A DNA stretch of 64,000 nucleotides, from positions 47,134-111,133 of the forward strand of contig UQRW01000001.1 in the NCBI GenBank assembly GCA_900543515.1, given 5' to 3'. Below the pieces are notes generated by a model that saw nothing but the letters and a program-made list of their open reading frames with translations, ran no database searches and was not told the DNA's origin. Shown here one piece after another: positions 20,108 through 28,324 of this stretch. The position numbers were made by a program, and so were the translations under genes. Source of the stretch: an uncultured Collinsella sp. (GTDB taxonomy: Bacteria; Actinomycetota; Coriobacteriia; Coriobacteriales; Coriobacteriaceae). How positions within the stretch are numbered: position 1 is the stretch's first letter; each line of letters opens with the position of its first letter.

Positions 20108-20311
20108 TCATTGTTGATGAGAATCGGGCGCAGCGCCAAAGGCCCCGTTGGGCGAAATGTCGAACGGGAAGGTGCCACAGCGATTGAAAGCGGCGATGAA
20201 CATGCGGATGGCGTTGGACGGCGTGGTGCCCACGAGCTGGGTTGCCGCCGCGAAGGCCGCCTTTTCCTCGGGCAAAACCTTCGCGACAACCGGGGTCATG
20301 TGTTCTGCCAT
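20108..20311 (-). CDS. RelB/DinJ-family antitoxin-like protein (no adjacent toxin gene)
   Basis: 67 aa from ATG 20311 (RBS AAGGAAG): MAEHMTPVVAKVLPEEKAAFAAATQLVGTTPSNAIRMFIAAFNRCGTFPFDISPN, matching the DinJ pattern (...LTKVAREKALPFDL...). No RelE/YafQ ORF fits downstream. Confidence 0.55.
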   Translation of the reverse strand: MAEHMTPVVAKVLPEEKAAFAAATQLVGTTPSNAIRMFIAAFNRCGTFPFDISPNGAFGAAPDSHQQ

Positions 20312-20424
20312 GGCGCTTCCTTCTTGAAACGACGGTGGTGCGGATGGATGCGGGCCACGCGGCTGGGCGACGGGCTGTGAAGGCAACCCGATTGGCCCGC
20401 ATCTGGAGTTTGTTCTACGGCGTT

Positions 20425-20474
20425 GGTATTACTTGGTATTCCTAAGTATTACCCCGTAGATAGAATACCATACC
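20425..20474. promoter_or_regulatory. Cluster of GGTATT(A/C)C direct and inverted repeats upstream of the DinJ-like gene
   Basis: GGTATTAC..GGTATTCC..AGTATTACC..GAATACCATACC, 115-160 nt upstream of the start; RelB/DinJ proteins typically autoregulate through such repeats. Confidence 0.3.
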
Positions 20475-20526
20475 CGACCCCATGGGGACGGAGAAAAAAC
20501 GGATCAATTTGTTGCTGAGTAAGTCT

Positions 20527-21906
20527 TTAGAGCGTGATGATGTCCAAGATATTGAGGGCCCGAGCGTCAGCGGAATCGTGCGTGGCAAGCAACAGCATAC
20601 GGCCGTCGAGCAAGTCGAGCACGACCTCGGTGCATGCGTCGCGCGCAGCGATGTCTAGACCGGTAAAGGGCTCGTCCAGAATCACTGCGCCGCCCGGACA
20701 CAGCAGGGCTCGGGCAATCTCGACACGACGGCGCTGCCCGCCCGAGAGCTCGGCCACGCGGGCATGCACATCGATCCCCGGTACCAGCAGGCGCAACAAG
20801 GCAGCGGCACTCGAGGTATTCACGCGTGCATCGGCGCACACCAGCACGTTATCCAAAGCAGAGGCGTCCTCGACCAGGCGTACATCCTGAAACACCATGG
20901 AGCATGGCGCGCACTCCCCCGCCGCAAGGGCAAGGAGCGTCGACTTACCCGCACCCGAGGCGCCCATCACGCAGGTACGCCCACCGGCGGGCACGCGAAG
21001 TACCAGTCCGTCGAGCGCCGGCGCCCAGGGCGCCCGATCGCCCACGGCAAGCGCAAGCTCCGCCGCAGCGCCGGCGCCAGCAGGGTCGCCCGAACGCCCG
21101 CGAGTACCACGCCCATGCGCCCGCACGGCAACACGCCATGCCACGGGCCCCGAAACCCGCAGCGACCACACCAGCACGCGCTCACACGCCCACGAGGCGG
21201 CAACGACCAGCACGGTCCACGCCAGCAGATCAGCCGTCTCGATCAACAGCTTTGCCTGATAGATGCGCTCACCCACGGTGCCCGCCGCCATGCCGATCAG
21301 CTCCGCCGCCACACCGGCCTTCCAGCTCATGCCAATCACGGCGCGGGCGCACGAAAGCACAAACGGCAGGACCTCGCGCCAGGTGTGGGCGCAAAACAGT
21401 CGCCAGCCCCGCACGCCATGCAGGCGAAACATCTGCTCCAGTGGCTTATCCGCTTGCGCCAAACCCTCAACCAGCGAGAAATACACGCCCGGCAGCGCCA
21501 TCAAAAAGACGGCGGCGATGCTCACGCGCGCCGACCCCAGCCAAATGAGCAGCAAGACCACCACGCAGGCAACCGGCGTCGCCTTAATAAATGAAAGCAC
21601 CGGCGCCACCAGGCGGGCAGCCAGGCGCGAGCGCACCGAGACTCCCGCCATCACGCCGCCGCACACCGCGGCAAGCGCCAGCCCGCCCAAGATCCGTGCG
21701 CCTGAACCCACCAGAATCGCCCACGTCCCGGCATCACATGCCAGCCGCAGCAACGCCACCACGACAGCGACCGGCCCCGGCAAAATCAATGGTTGCGCCA
21801 CGAGACCCGCCACCAGCACCCACACGGCAAGCCAAAAGGCGGCAACGGCACCTGCTGCCGCCACCGCCTTCACACGCACTGTCATTTGTCGAGCAAACAC
21901 ACGCAC
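20527..21906 (-). CDS. ABC transporter, fused permease-ATPase (NitT/TauT-type)
   Basis: N-terminal TM permease domain; C-terminal Walker A GASGAGKST, signature LSGGQRRRV, Walker B ILDEP. Confidence 0.75.
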   Translation of the reverse strand: MRVFARQMTVRVKAVAAAGAVAAFWLAVWVLVAGLVAQPLILPGPVAVVVALLRLACDAGTWAILVGSGARILGGLALAAVCGGVMAGVSVRSRLAARLVAPVLSFIKATPVACVVVLLLIWLGSARVSIAAVFLMALPGVYFSLVEGLAQADKPLEQMFRLHGVRGWRLFCAHTWREVLPFVLSCARAVIGMSWKAGVAAELIGMAAGTVGERIYQAKLLIETADLLAWTVLVVAASWACERVLVWSLRVSGPVAWRVAVRAHGRGTRGRSGDPAGAGAAAELALAVGDRAPWAPALDGLVLRVPAGGRTCVMGASGAGKSTLLALAAGECAPCSMVFQDVRLVEDASALDNVLVCADARVNTSSAAALLRLLVPGIDVHARVAELSGGQRRRVEIARALLCPGGAVILDEPFTGLDIAARDACTEVVLDLLDGRMLLLATHDSADARALNILDIITL

Positions 21907-21909
21907 GGG

Positions 21910-22971
21910 CTACTCCATGTAGTAGAAATCATCGGCCGGGAGCTTGCCGCCCACGGCGCTCGCGTCCGCATCAGCCAGCACCTGCAGATACCCGTCGAGC
22001 GCCGCCTTCATATCCTTCCCCGTCTGGCACACGAGCATGCACCCGGGAATCGCCTTTTCGGCAATCGCGGCGTTATCGACGATGCCCGCATCGACCACGG
22101 CCTGAGCCCAGTCTGCCGGCGCCGCGTTCACGGCCTCAACGCTCGCCGCATGGCAGCTCAAGAATTCCGCCACGGCCTCGGGATGTTCCTTGGCAAAGGC
22201 CCGGCGCACCACGGTCACGCCCGTCAGCAAACGGGAGCCCGTGTCACCCGCCAGCTCATCCCACACATCGGTCAGACTTACCGGCGCCGACAGCTTGCCT
22301 TCGCTCTTGGCGATGGCCGCCGTCTTGAACGGCTCCGGCAGCACGCCCACGGCGGACGGGTCGACAAGCAACGCCGACAGCACCTCGGTGGGCTCGCTCT
22401 TAAACTCAAGCGCCACCTGGCCGGTCAGGCCCGCGCGCTCCAGCAAGTAGTTCATGACGTACTCCGGCGTGGTGCCCTTGCCCGTCATATAGACGGTATG
22501 GCCCGCCAGATCGCCAAACGAGGCCACATTCGCGTCGCCCGTCACAACGTTCAGCACGCCCAGCGTGTTGATGTCGATGACCTGCACCGCGCCCTCGTTC
22601 TTGTTGTAGAGCACGCTCGCCACGTTGGCGGGTACCAGGGCGATATCGATATCGCCCTGAATGACCTTGGGCACAATCTCGTCGCCGGCAGTGTTGATCG
22701 CAAAGTCGAACTTATTGTCCGTCTCGCCATCGGCAGCCTGGTCCATAAACTGCACCAGGCCAATCGAGGTCGGCCCCTTGAGCGAGGCGACGTGCACCTC
22801 GACGGGCTCCGCGGCGGTCGCCGCACCACCGGCAGCCGAGCCCGCGGCAGACCCGGCACCGGCAGCCCCGCCGCCACAGCCCGCGAGCGCAAGCGACAGG
22901 GCGCCCGCGGCGAGCGCCGAGGCAAACCCCCGGCGCGACATCTCAAAATCAAACGCGCGCATCGCTAGCAC
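21910..22971 (-). CDS. ABC transporter substrate-binding lipoprotein (NMT1/THI5-like)
   Basis: Signal peptide with lipobox LAGCGG and a Gly/Ala-rich linker, then an SBP fold; operonic with the permease-ATPase gene. Confidence 0.7.
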   Translation of the reverse strand: MLAMRAFDFEMSRRGFASALAAGALSLALAGCGGGAAGAGSAAGSAAGGAATAAEPVEVHVASLKGPTSIGLVQFMDQAADGETDNKFDFAINTAGDEIVPKVIQGDIDIALVPANVASVLYNKNEGAVQVIDINTLGVLNVVTGDANVASFGDLAGHTVYMTGKGTTPEYVMNYLLERAGLTGQVALEFKSEPTEVLSALLVDPSAVGVLPEPFKTAAIAKSEGKLSAPVSLTDVWDELAGDTGSRLLTGVTVVRRAFAKEHPEAVAEFLSCHAASVEAVNAAPADWAQAVVDAGIVDNAAIAEKAIPGCMLVCQTGKDMKAALDGYLQVLADADASAVGGKLPADDFYYME

Positions 22972-24719
22972 GTCCCCTCGTTAGGCATCGACCAGGCATG
23001 ATGGTCGGTATGCAGCAACTCCTCGGCCAGCGGCGAGAGCGGCGCGCCCAAAAACTCGCGATAGCACGCCTGGACATCGGGATTCTCGTGCGAGAAGCGA
23101 ATCTCGGCGTTCGCATCGAGGCCCCAGAGCACCTGGCCACGCTCGGCAGCCAGCTCGCAACCGTCGTGGATGGGCTGACCGCCGCCACCGACGCAGCCGC
23201 CCGGGCACGCCATGACCTCGACGAAGTCATAGCTCGCACGGCCGTCGCGAATCGCATCGAGCAGGCGGGCAGCGTTGCCCAGCCCGTGCGCCACGGCGAC
23301 GCGCACCCTGGTGCCATCGATATCGGCCACGGCCTCCTTCCAGCCATTCAGGCCACGCACGTCGGTAAAGAAATCCGCATCGGGGTTCTTGCCCGTCACC
23401 AGGTAATAGGCCGAGCGCACGGCAGCCTCCATCACGCCTCCCGTGGCGCCAAAGATCACGCCCGCGCCCGTGCCGAAGCCCAGCGGCGTATCGAGCGGCT
23501 CCTCGGTAAGCGTGTCGACGCTCACGTGGCTCGCGCGAATCATGCGTACCATCTCGCGCACCGTCAGCGCAACGTCCACATCGGGCGCGCCGCCCTCGCC
23601 CACCATGCTCGGCAGCGCACACTCGGCCTTCTTGGCCGTGCACGGCATCACGGACACCACAAACAGGCGCTCGGGCTCCACGCCCAGCACCTTGGCGTAG
23701 TAGGTCTTGGCGATGGCGCCGAACATCTGCTGCGGCGACTTGGACGTGGACAGGCTGTCGACAAACTCGGGGTAACGCGCCTTCACAAAGCGTACCCAGC
23801 CCGGGCAGCAGCTCGTGAACATGGGCCAGCTGCGGCTGTCGCCCTCGCCCTTGGCGGCCTTACCCAGGCGCTCGAGCAGCTCGGAGCCCTCCTCCATAAT
23901 GGTGAGATCGGCCGAGAAATCGGTGTCGAACACGTACTCAAAGCCCACGCGGCGCAGCGCACAGGCCAGGCGCTCGACGGTGGCCTCATCGCGCGGAATA
24001 CCGAGCTCCTCGCCCCAGGCGCTACGCACGGCCGGCGCAATCTGCACCAGCACGATCTTGTCGGGATCGGCGATGGCATCGAACACGGTCTCGGTATCGT
24101 CGCGCTCGCGCAGCGCACCCGTCGGACAATGCGTGATGCACTGACCACACGCGACGCAATCGGTCTTGCCGATCGGCGCGCGCCCGCGGGTACCCACGGT
24201 GGTATGCGTGGCGCGGTTGGTCAGGTCCCAAATCCCTAGGCCCTGCACGCTCTCGCACACCTTGATGCAGCGCATGCATTTAATGCACTTGTCGTTATCG
24301 CGGATGATGGGGAAATCGAAGTCCCAGCCCTCGCGCGCCAGGTGCTGCTCGTACGGCAGATAGAAGATGCCCAGGTCGTTGGCGATGGTCTGCAGGTTGC
24401 AGTTACCACTGCGCACGCAGCTCGTACAGCGCGAGTCGTGTTGGGACAGTAGCAGCTGCACGTTGGTGCGACGCGCCTCGCGGGCCTTGGGGCTGTTGGT
24501 GTGGACCACCATGCCGTAGAGCACGTAGTTGTTGCAGGCGGCAACCAGCTGGTCGCAGCCCTCAACCTCGACCACGCACACGCGGCAGCCGCCGATCTCG
24601 TTTAGATCGCGCAGGTAGCACAGGGTGGGAATCTGGATACCGACGGACTTGGCCGCGTCCAGAATCGTGGTGTGCTCGGGTACCACGACCTCGCAATTAT
24701 CGATAGTGAGCTTGACCAT
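22965..24719 (-). CDS. hydA: [FeFe]-hydrogenase catalytic subunit (group A, multi-cluster HydA)
   Basis: Start MVKLTIDNCEVVV (2Fe-2S N-terminal domain), two 4Fe-4S ferredoxin motifs, and H-cluster signatures TSCCPGW, MPCTAKK and EVMACPGGCVGGGG. Confidence 0.85.
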   Translation of the reverse strand: MVKLTIDNCEVVVPEHTTILDAAKSVGIQIPTLCYLRDLNEIGGCRVCVVEVEGCDQLVAACNNYVLYGMVVHTNSPKAREARRTNVQLLLSQHDSRCTSCVRSGNCNLQTIANDLGIFYLPYEQHLAREGWDFDFPIIRDNDKCIKCMRCIKVCESVQGLGIWDLTNRATHTTVGTRGRAPIGKTDCVACGQCITHCPTGALRERDDTETVFDAIADPDKIVLVQIAPAVRSAWGEELGIPRDEATVERLACALRRVGFEYVFDTDFSADLTIMEEGSELLERLGKAAKGEGDSRSWPMFTSCCPGWVRFVKARYPEFVDSLSTSKSPQQMFGAIAKTYYAKVLGVEPERLFVVSVMPCTAKKAECALPSMVGEGGAPDVDVALTVREMVRMIRASHVSVDTLTEEPLDTPLGFGTGAGVIFGATGGVMEAAVRSAYYLVTGKNPDADFFTDVRGLNGWKEAVADIDGTRVRVAVAHGLGNAARLLDAIRDGRASYDFVEVMACPGGCVGGGGQPIHDGCELAAERGQVLWGLDANAEIRFSHENPDVQACYREFLGAPLSPLAEELLHTDHHAWSMPNEGTC

Positions 24720-24769
24720 ATTGAGTGCTCCGCTTTCGGTGTTATCGCTGACAGTGGGGTTGTTGAGCT

Positions 24770-26602
24770 CTACCATTCCAGGTTCCTCCCTCCGCGGAAC
24801 GCGCCAAAGCCAAAGTGGTCGCAACGCAGGCAGCGACTCGCCTCTTGGCGTGCCTCCTCCTCGGTAAGGCCCTGTTCGACCAGACTCCAATCGTGAATGC
24901 GCTCGCCGGCCTCGCGCTCGCCCAGCTCGCAGCGGCCGCACTCGTGCTTGCCCTTAAACTGAACGGTCGGCAGTTCCACGTCGAGCTTGATCTTGTGGTC
25001 GAAGCCCAGATAGCGGTCGATGTTTGCCGAAGCCACGCGGCCGGCGTTGATGGCACGGATGACGGTGGCGGGACCGGTCTGGCAGTCGCCGCCGCTAAAG
25101 AGGCCATCAAAGTTGGGCACGGCGCCGTCCGAATCGGTGACGACGCGACCCCACTTGCAGGCGATGCCCATATCCTCAAACGGCTTGGAATCGATGTCCT
25201 GGCCAATGGCAACAAACACGCGCTCGCAGGGGATGACGCGCTCGGGCGTGGCGGCGGCACGCGGGGCCGGACGACCGCGACGGGGCTCGCCGATAATCTG
25301 CGGTTGCACGCGCAGGCCGCTCACACGACCATCTTCGCCCGTCTCGATGGCGAGCGGCGCCGTGAGCTCCAGAACCTCGCAACCCTCAGCCTGGGCGCCG
25401 GCAATCTCGGCGTCCTGAGCCGTCATATCGCAGATGCGACGACGGTAGACGCTGCTCACCTTTTCGGCACCGCAGCGCACGGCAGAGCGTGCCACGTCCA
25501 TGGCCACGTTGCCGCCGCCGATGACGCACACGCGCTGGCCACTCAGGTCGGGCAGCTCGTCGTCACCGATGGCGCGCAGCATCTTGACGGCCGATTCCAC
25601 GCCGGGCGCCTCTTCGCCCGGAAGGCCGAGCTTCTTGTCGCTGTGGGCACCGATGGCCAGGTAGACGGCATCGGACTCGTCGCGCAGACGGGCGAGCTCC
25701 TCACCGTTCACGGAGTGGTCGAGCTCCACGTCGATGCCGGCGCTCAAGATCCAGTCGATCTCGGCCTGAAGACGCTCGCGCGGCAGACGATAGCTGGGGA
25801 TGCCGTAGCGCAGCATGCCGCCCAAGTGGTGGCGCTGCTCAAAAATGGTCACCTTGTGGCCCATCACGGCCAGGTAGTAGGCACAGGAAAGGCCGGCCGG
25901 GCCGCCGCCGATCACGGCGACGCGCTTACCGGTGTCGTCCACTACATGCGGCTTGTGGTCGTTGAGGTCACTGTGCTCAACGGCAAAACGCTTGAGGGCG
26001 AGGATGTTCATGGGGTCGTCGACCATGCCACGGCGGCAATGCATCTCGCAGGGATGCTCGCACACCAGGCCGCAAACGAGCGGCAGCGGGTTATTCTTGC
26101 GGATGACCTTGACGGCATCGGCATAGCGGCCGGCCTCGACGAGCGAAATGTAACCAGGAATGTCGACGTGCGCCGGACAGCCCGAGACACACGGGACGCG
26201 GGCCTCACGATCAAAGCCGCAGGAGTGCTCGCGAATGTGATGCTCAAAATCGTCGCGGAAGCCGCGAATGGCCGTGAGCGCCATGGCGCCGGCCTCGTAG
26301 CCGATGGCGCAGTCGCTCGAAAGATAGATGGTACGGGCGGTGCGCTCGATCAGGTTGAGCGTGGATTCATCAGCGCGGCCCTCGAGCACATCGGCGAGCA
26401 GATCACTCAGCGCGCTCAGGCCCACGCGGCAGGGCGTACACTTGCCGCAGCTCTGTGTCGAGCACAGGTTGACGAGCGCCGCCGTAAACTCGACGGGACA
26501 CGGGGCGAGCGAACTCACCGCCAGACGACGTCCGAGCGCATCGTGCAGGTCGTCCATGACGGCCTGAGCGTGGCTGCGTTCCATTACATGCAGTCGTGCC
26601 AT
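24770..26602 (-). CDS. NuoF-type 4Fe-4S domain fused to a GltD-like NAD(P)H oxidoreductase; partner of group A2 [FeFe]-hydrogenase
   Basis: QSCGKCTPCRVG (NuoF C-terminal cluster), then the GltD Fe-S region (VPCVSGCPAHVDIPGYI...CGLVCEHPCEMHCRRG) and two dinucleotide-binding folds (VAVIGGGPAGLSCA, VCVIGGGNVAMD). Its stop is 50 nt upstream of the hydA start. Confidence 0.75.
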   Translation of the reverse strand: MARLHVMERSHAQAVMDDLHDALGRRLAVSSLAPCPVEFTAALVNLCSTQSCGKCTPCRVGLSALSDLLADVLEGRADESTLNLIERTARTIYLSSDCAIGYEAGAMALTAIRGFRDDFEHHIREHSCGFDREARVPCVSGCPAHVDIPGYISLVEAGRYADAVKVIRKNNPLPLVCGLVCEHPCEMHCRRGMVDDPMNILALKRFAVEHSDLNDHKPHVVDDTGKRVAVIGGGPAGLSCAYYLAVMGHKVTIFEQRHHLGGMLRYGIPSYRLPRERLQAEIDWILSAGIDVELDHSVNGEELARLRDESDAVYLAIGAHSDKKLGLPGEEAPGVESAVKMLRAIGDDELPDLSGQRVCVIGGGNVAMDVARSAVRCGAEKVSSVYRRRICDMTAQDAEIAGAQAEGCEVLELTAPLAIETGEDGRVSGLRVQPQIIGEPRRGRPAPRAAATPERVIPCERVFVAIGQDIDSKPFEDMGIACKWGRVVTDSDGAVPNFDGLFSGGDCQTGPATVIRAINAGRVASANIDRYLGFDHKIKLDVELPTVQFKGKHECGRCELGEREAGERIHDWSLVEQGLTEEEARQEASRCLRCDHFGFGAFRGGRNLEW

Positions 26603-26832
26603 AAGATCCCCTCTCATGTGGCAACCCGGAGGCGAGGCCGGGCGAAGTTGCTACACGCACAACACTGACCTAAAAATGTGTTAGGTCTAAACACAGTTCG
26701 GCAGGCGGTATAAAATGTCACCCTCAGCGGTGAAAAAGAACATTACCGCAGATAAATGCCATATTTGATAAAACGCATTACCAAATTGCAATATTCAATG
26801 TGAAAAAGAGCGCCTTACTATTTTTCCTTTTT

Positions 26833-26894
26833 GATCCGTTTTCCTCCGTCTCCTTCGGATCACATGATCCCTTGGGAACGGAGGAAAACGGATC
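26833..26894. repeat. Perfect 17-bp inverted repeat with 28-nt spacer, followed by a second TGGTGCAAA/TTTGCACCA hairpin
   Basis: GATCCGTTTTCCTCCGT at 26833-26849 and ACGGAGGAAAACGGATC at 26878-26894, then GTTTTTGG. It lies between the flavodoxin-ferredoxin stop and the AT-rich hydrogenase promoter region and contains the recurring GGGAACGGAGGAAAACGGATC motif. Confidence 0.8.
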
Positions 26895-26942
26895 GTTTTT
26901 GGTGCAAAAGGGCCAGGTTTGTTTGCACCAATCTCACTTGCG

Positions 26943-27704
26943 CTAGATGAAGAGCTCGCATTCCTTCCGCGCGACGCAAACCTTGCTCAGCATCTGGGAA
27001 ACAGCGGATAGTTTGTTGGAATCAAGCTTGCGAGCACCTCGCGGACATACGGCGATGCAGCGCATGCAGGAGATGCACGCCTCGCCAGCTGCTCGTTTGG
27101 GGTCACTCTTGTCGATAGCGCAAACGGGGCACGCCGCGGCGCATGCACCGCAGGAGACACAATCCTCTGTTGCCTCGGGTGCCATGCGGTGACCTCCGGC
27201 TTGTTTATAAGGACGATTGCCGGGGATAGAGGGCTCGGACGCATCCTCAGCCAACAGCTTTTGCTGAATTTGCTGAGCAAACTCAGCAAGCTGCGCCGCA
27301 TCCTGCGCATCCGGACGACCGGCAGCAAACTGTCGCGCAATGGAATGTTCTGCAATGGCCGCAACTGCCGCGATCACCCGGAATCCCGCATGCTTCGCAA
27401 CGTCCTCCAGCTCTACGAGCGTGTCCTCAAACGCGCGGTTTCCGTATACACAAACCAAAACTGCCCGAGCCCCGTTGCCTCGCACCATGCCCAACCGGTC
27501 AGCCACCACAGCCGGGATTCTACCGGCATACGCCGGCACAGAGATTACGGCCACGTCGTCCTCAGTCATCGAGACAGCGCTGAAATCTAGCCCGCTATCG
27601 GCCAGATCGACGGTAACGGTATTCTTGCCCAGTGCCCCGGCCACAAGGCCAGACACCTTCCGCGTTCCACCCGTCGGACTAAACACAATTTCGAATACGC
27701 TCAT
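26943..27704 (-). CDS. Flavodoxin-like domain fused to a 2x[4Fe-4S] ferredoxin domain (EFR1-family)
   Basis: MSVFEIVFSPTGGT (flavodoxin-fold N-terminus; ATG 27704 with GGGGAGGG RBS). The C-terminal ferredoxin motifs are CVSCGACAAACP and CISCMRCIAVCP. Confidence 0.65.
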   Translation of the reverse strand: MSVFEIVFSPTGGTRKVSGLVAGALGKNTVTVDLADSGLDFSAVSMTEDDVAVISVPAYAGRIPAVVADRLGMVRGNGARAVLVCVYGNRAFEDTLVELEDVAKHAGFRVIAAVAAIAEHSIARQFAAGRPDAQDAAQLAEFAQQIQQKLLAEDASEPSIPGNRPYKQAGGHRMAPEATEDCVSCGACAAACPVCAIDKSDPKRAAGEACISCMRCIAVCPRGARKLDSNKLSAVSQMLSKVCVARKECELFI

Positions 27705-28251
27705 CGAGGCACCCTCCCCTACGCCTGGCAACGCGTCAAGCCGCTTTCACATCCAGCCAGAGTATACGGCGCATGGGATCCCCGTTTTGGTGCACCAAGC
27801 ACCCCAATGCACCCACCCTACGCTGTCTGCCTCTTCGTTTTGTATAAATTACGGTACAGATTGTATATATTTACGGGATACCGCCGTGTTCTCCCGAGGT
27901 ACCACATCCTGGCCCGTGCAAAAAACGGAGTATTCTGCAACGTGACCGCGCCAGCAATACCCCGAGCGGGCAAACCTTTAGGGCGCTGCGTCATTTTGGG
28001 TTCCGACATGGCGAGAATGACGCGCCCCTGCTCCGGAAAACGACGAAATCTGACTCAGAACGCTCGCTAGGGATATCCGAAAGCCACCGTTGGCGACGTC
28101 AAATCATATGCAGACAACTCGAACTGCAGAATACTCCAAAAAATGCACGGCGCACCCCATGGGACCCATTGCCGCATGGTAGGAAACAGGCCCACGGCAT
28201 CCTCTAGATGCATTCCCGAGGAAATCACATTTGAACTAGCGATCGGATACG

Positions 28252-28290
28252 GCAAACAAAAAGGGCCCCGAGCGTAGTTGCTCGGGGCCC
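28252..28290 (-). terminator. Rho-independent terminator downstream of the DEAD-box helicase gene
   Basis: GGGCCCCGAGC-gtagtt-GCTCGGGGCCC with a T-run on the minus strand (plus-strand caaacaaaaa). Confidence 0.6.
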
Positions 28291-28324
28291 TTGGTTCACC
28301 TCGCTCTAGCGGGCGATGCGTATG

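Noticed and set aside
21793-22968. 391-aa plus ORF, and the 42277..43719 plus ORF
   Set aside because: Antisense of the ABC substrate-binding gene and of gltD respectively.
22998-26668. 413-aa and 617-aa plus-strand ORFs
   Set aside because: Antisense of hydA and its GltD-like partner.
26677-26695. TGTG-N11-CACA palindrome as a Rex or CRP/FNR site upstream of the hydrogenase operon
   Set aside because: The spacing does not match the Rex (TTGTGAA-N4-TTCACAA) or CRP/FNR consensus; kept only as a generic candidate operator.
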